Shown here: piece by piece, positions 62,240 through 64,000 of the stretch | Layout: every line of letters starts with the position of its first letter | Numbering within the stretch: the stretch's first letter is position 1 | Source: Lama glama | Lineage: Eukaryota | NCBI GenBank assembly: GCA_028534125.1 | Contig: CM052832.1 | Span: 16,990,001-17,054,000, forward strand | DNA length: 64,000 nucleotides | Direction of reading: 5' to 3' | Program-made: the position numbers and the translations under genes | The notes under the pieces: model-generated | The model's input: only the letters and a program-made list of their open reading frames with translations | The model's database searches: none | What the model was told of the DNA's origin: nothing

Positions 62240-63320
62240 AAATTTTTTGTTTAAAATTTTTGAGATTACTTAGAGATTTACAACAAAATTGCAAAGTTAG
62301 TACAGAGTTCTCGTATATCTCACACTCAGCTTCCCCTGAGGAAACACATCACCATCACAAATTATCACAGCTAATGAAGAAACATTGGTATGTTATTAGT
62401 AAACTCTAAAATTTATTTGGATTTCATTAGTTGTTTTTTATTTTTCTGATCCAGGATCCTATGAAAGACATATTAAGTCCCAGTCCTGTCTCCTTCAGGC
62501 TCTGTGGCTGTGACAGTCTCTCAGACTTCCTTCATTTTCAATGACCTGTCTATTGTGGAGAGGACTGCTCAGGGATGTTGTAGACTGTCTCTCATTTGAC
62601 TTGAGTGACTGGTGCAAAGAGCTTGGGGAAAGAGACCACAGAGATGAAATGGCATTCTCCACACACCCAGGCTGTGTGCTCTCCGCTTGATTATCACTAA
62701 CAAGTGCACCTCATCACCTGGCTAAGGTACCTGTCCCAGGTGTCTCCTTCTGAAGTTTTACTTTTCCTTTCCTACTTTCCATACTGTAGTTTTTAGAAGG
62801 AAGTCACTATGTGCAGGCCGCATTTGAGGGGCACTCTGCTGTAAACATTGGTATGCAGGGTTTTCTAAAAACATGAGTTTTCAGATGAGTTTTGTAAGTA
62901 CTGGAGTGATCAGCAGGTGTGACGGCGAGTCTCTGTGTAGCTTCATGAGAAACTGCTGCCCGTCCCTGCAGTGGCTGCGCTGCTTCGTGTTCCTGCAGCA
63001 GTGCCGGGGGCTTCTTCGGCTCCACGTCCTGCTCAGCGTTTGGTATTACTCATTCTTGGATTCTAGCCTTTCTCATCAGTGTGTGATGGTGCGTCATCGT
63101 TGCTTTTATTCGCACATCTTACTAACACATAATGTGGAGCATCTTTTCTTATGCATTTCCATTGATATCTCTTCTTTGAGGAGGTGTCTGTTCAGAATTT
63201 TTTCATCTGAACAATTTATTTTCATATTACTGAGTTTAACAGTTCTGTGTATATTCTAATACAAGTACTTTATCAGATACATGAATATGCAAATAAGTTC
63301 TCCCAGTCTGTGGCCTGAGC
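62240..63320 (-). mobile_element. Old LINE-1 3' region fragments
   Basis: atgtggagcatcttttcttatgc...gaggtgtctgttcaga...ttatcagatacatgaatatgcaaata...ttctcccagtctgtgg. Confidence 0.65.
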
Positions 63321-64000
63321 TCTATGACTGACATATCAGCATTCATTAATGCCTAGGGATGTTTTCCTGGGGAGAGAAATGAGAAATTGCTAACTGCAGT
63401 GTTTTCTGAGTAGAGGACCTGGGCGACTGGGAGATCAGAGGGATAAGGTGAATTACTTATTTTTGTACTTTCTTGAGTATCTTTTCAATTCTCTTGCCTG
63501 CTCATAAATAATGCTTTCAAAAGATGACATTAAAATCCCTTACACTCAGAAAACACTTGACAATCATCTTCAGATCATGTGTCAGGACGCCCATTCTGAT
63601 CCTCTACTCCAGACCCATCACCTTTTGACTGAGCTCTTCTTCCACAGAATTTCCATGACTGGAAAAGATGGGCTGGATTGTATGGAGAGTTCTGCCCACT
63701 GAAAATAGCTTAAAAGGCCATGAAAATACAAAAACCATCTTAGAAGCATCAAAAAGGTGACAAGGTACTCATAGAGGACCACGCCTCAAAAAGAAGAGAA
63801 AGATCCTGCTTGGCCTCTGCAGAGAACATGGTCCTGAGAAAAGGAGAAAAGGCTCCGTGAGTTCACCGCCCAGAGCCCGACGTGACCAGCTCTGCGTCCC
63901 CCAGTCTTGACTTTTCCTACTCATCTGCATTCCCTTTAAAAAATTTAAACAAACCTTTTAAATTCTGATTATGATGTACATGTAATGTATCATATATGAT

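Noticed and set aside
1..64000. CRISPR arrays, operons or other prokaryotic systems
   Set aside because: The sequence is mammalian, with spliceosomal introns and LINE/SINE repeats; no repeat-spacer array was seen.

Overview
Mammalian (eukaryotic, intron-containing) genomic DNA from the MHC class I region, between RPP21/TRIM39 and the TRIM26 side. The repeated tRNA-derived SINE and the cetartiodactyl-type L1 3' ends point to a camelid; this is an inference. The minus strand carries RPP21 (5 exons, C-terminus frameshifted relative to human) and TRIM39 (one 23-nt micro-exon is probably hidden in an N gap), with a CpG-island promoter. A decayed TRIM-like pseudogene lies at about 30.5-34.3 kb. The most notable feature is an apparently intact, strongly divergent MHC class I heavy-chain gene on the plus strand (41920 to about 51800). 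Its leader, alpha1 and alpha2 have long introns and an ancestral MR1/HFE/non-mammalian indel pattern, yet keep the classical peptide-terminus anchor residues. These exons are joined to a near-classical alpha3/TM/3'UTR module whose cytoplasmic exons are decaying and whose intron 7 holds a pristine U6 retrocopy. The rest is L1, L2, MIR, MLT, MER, ERV LTR and SINE sequence plus three assembly gaps. All comparisons with human proteins are from memory and were not computed.
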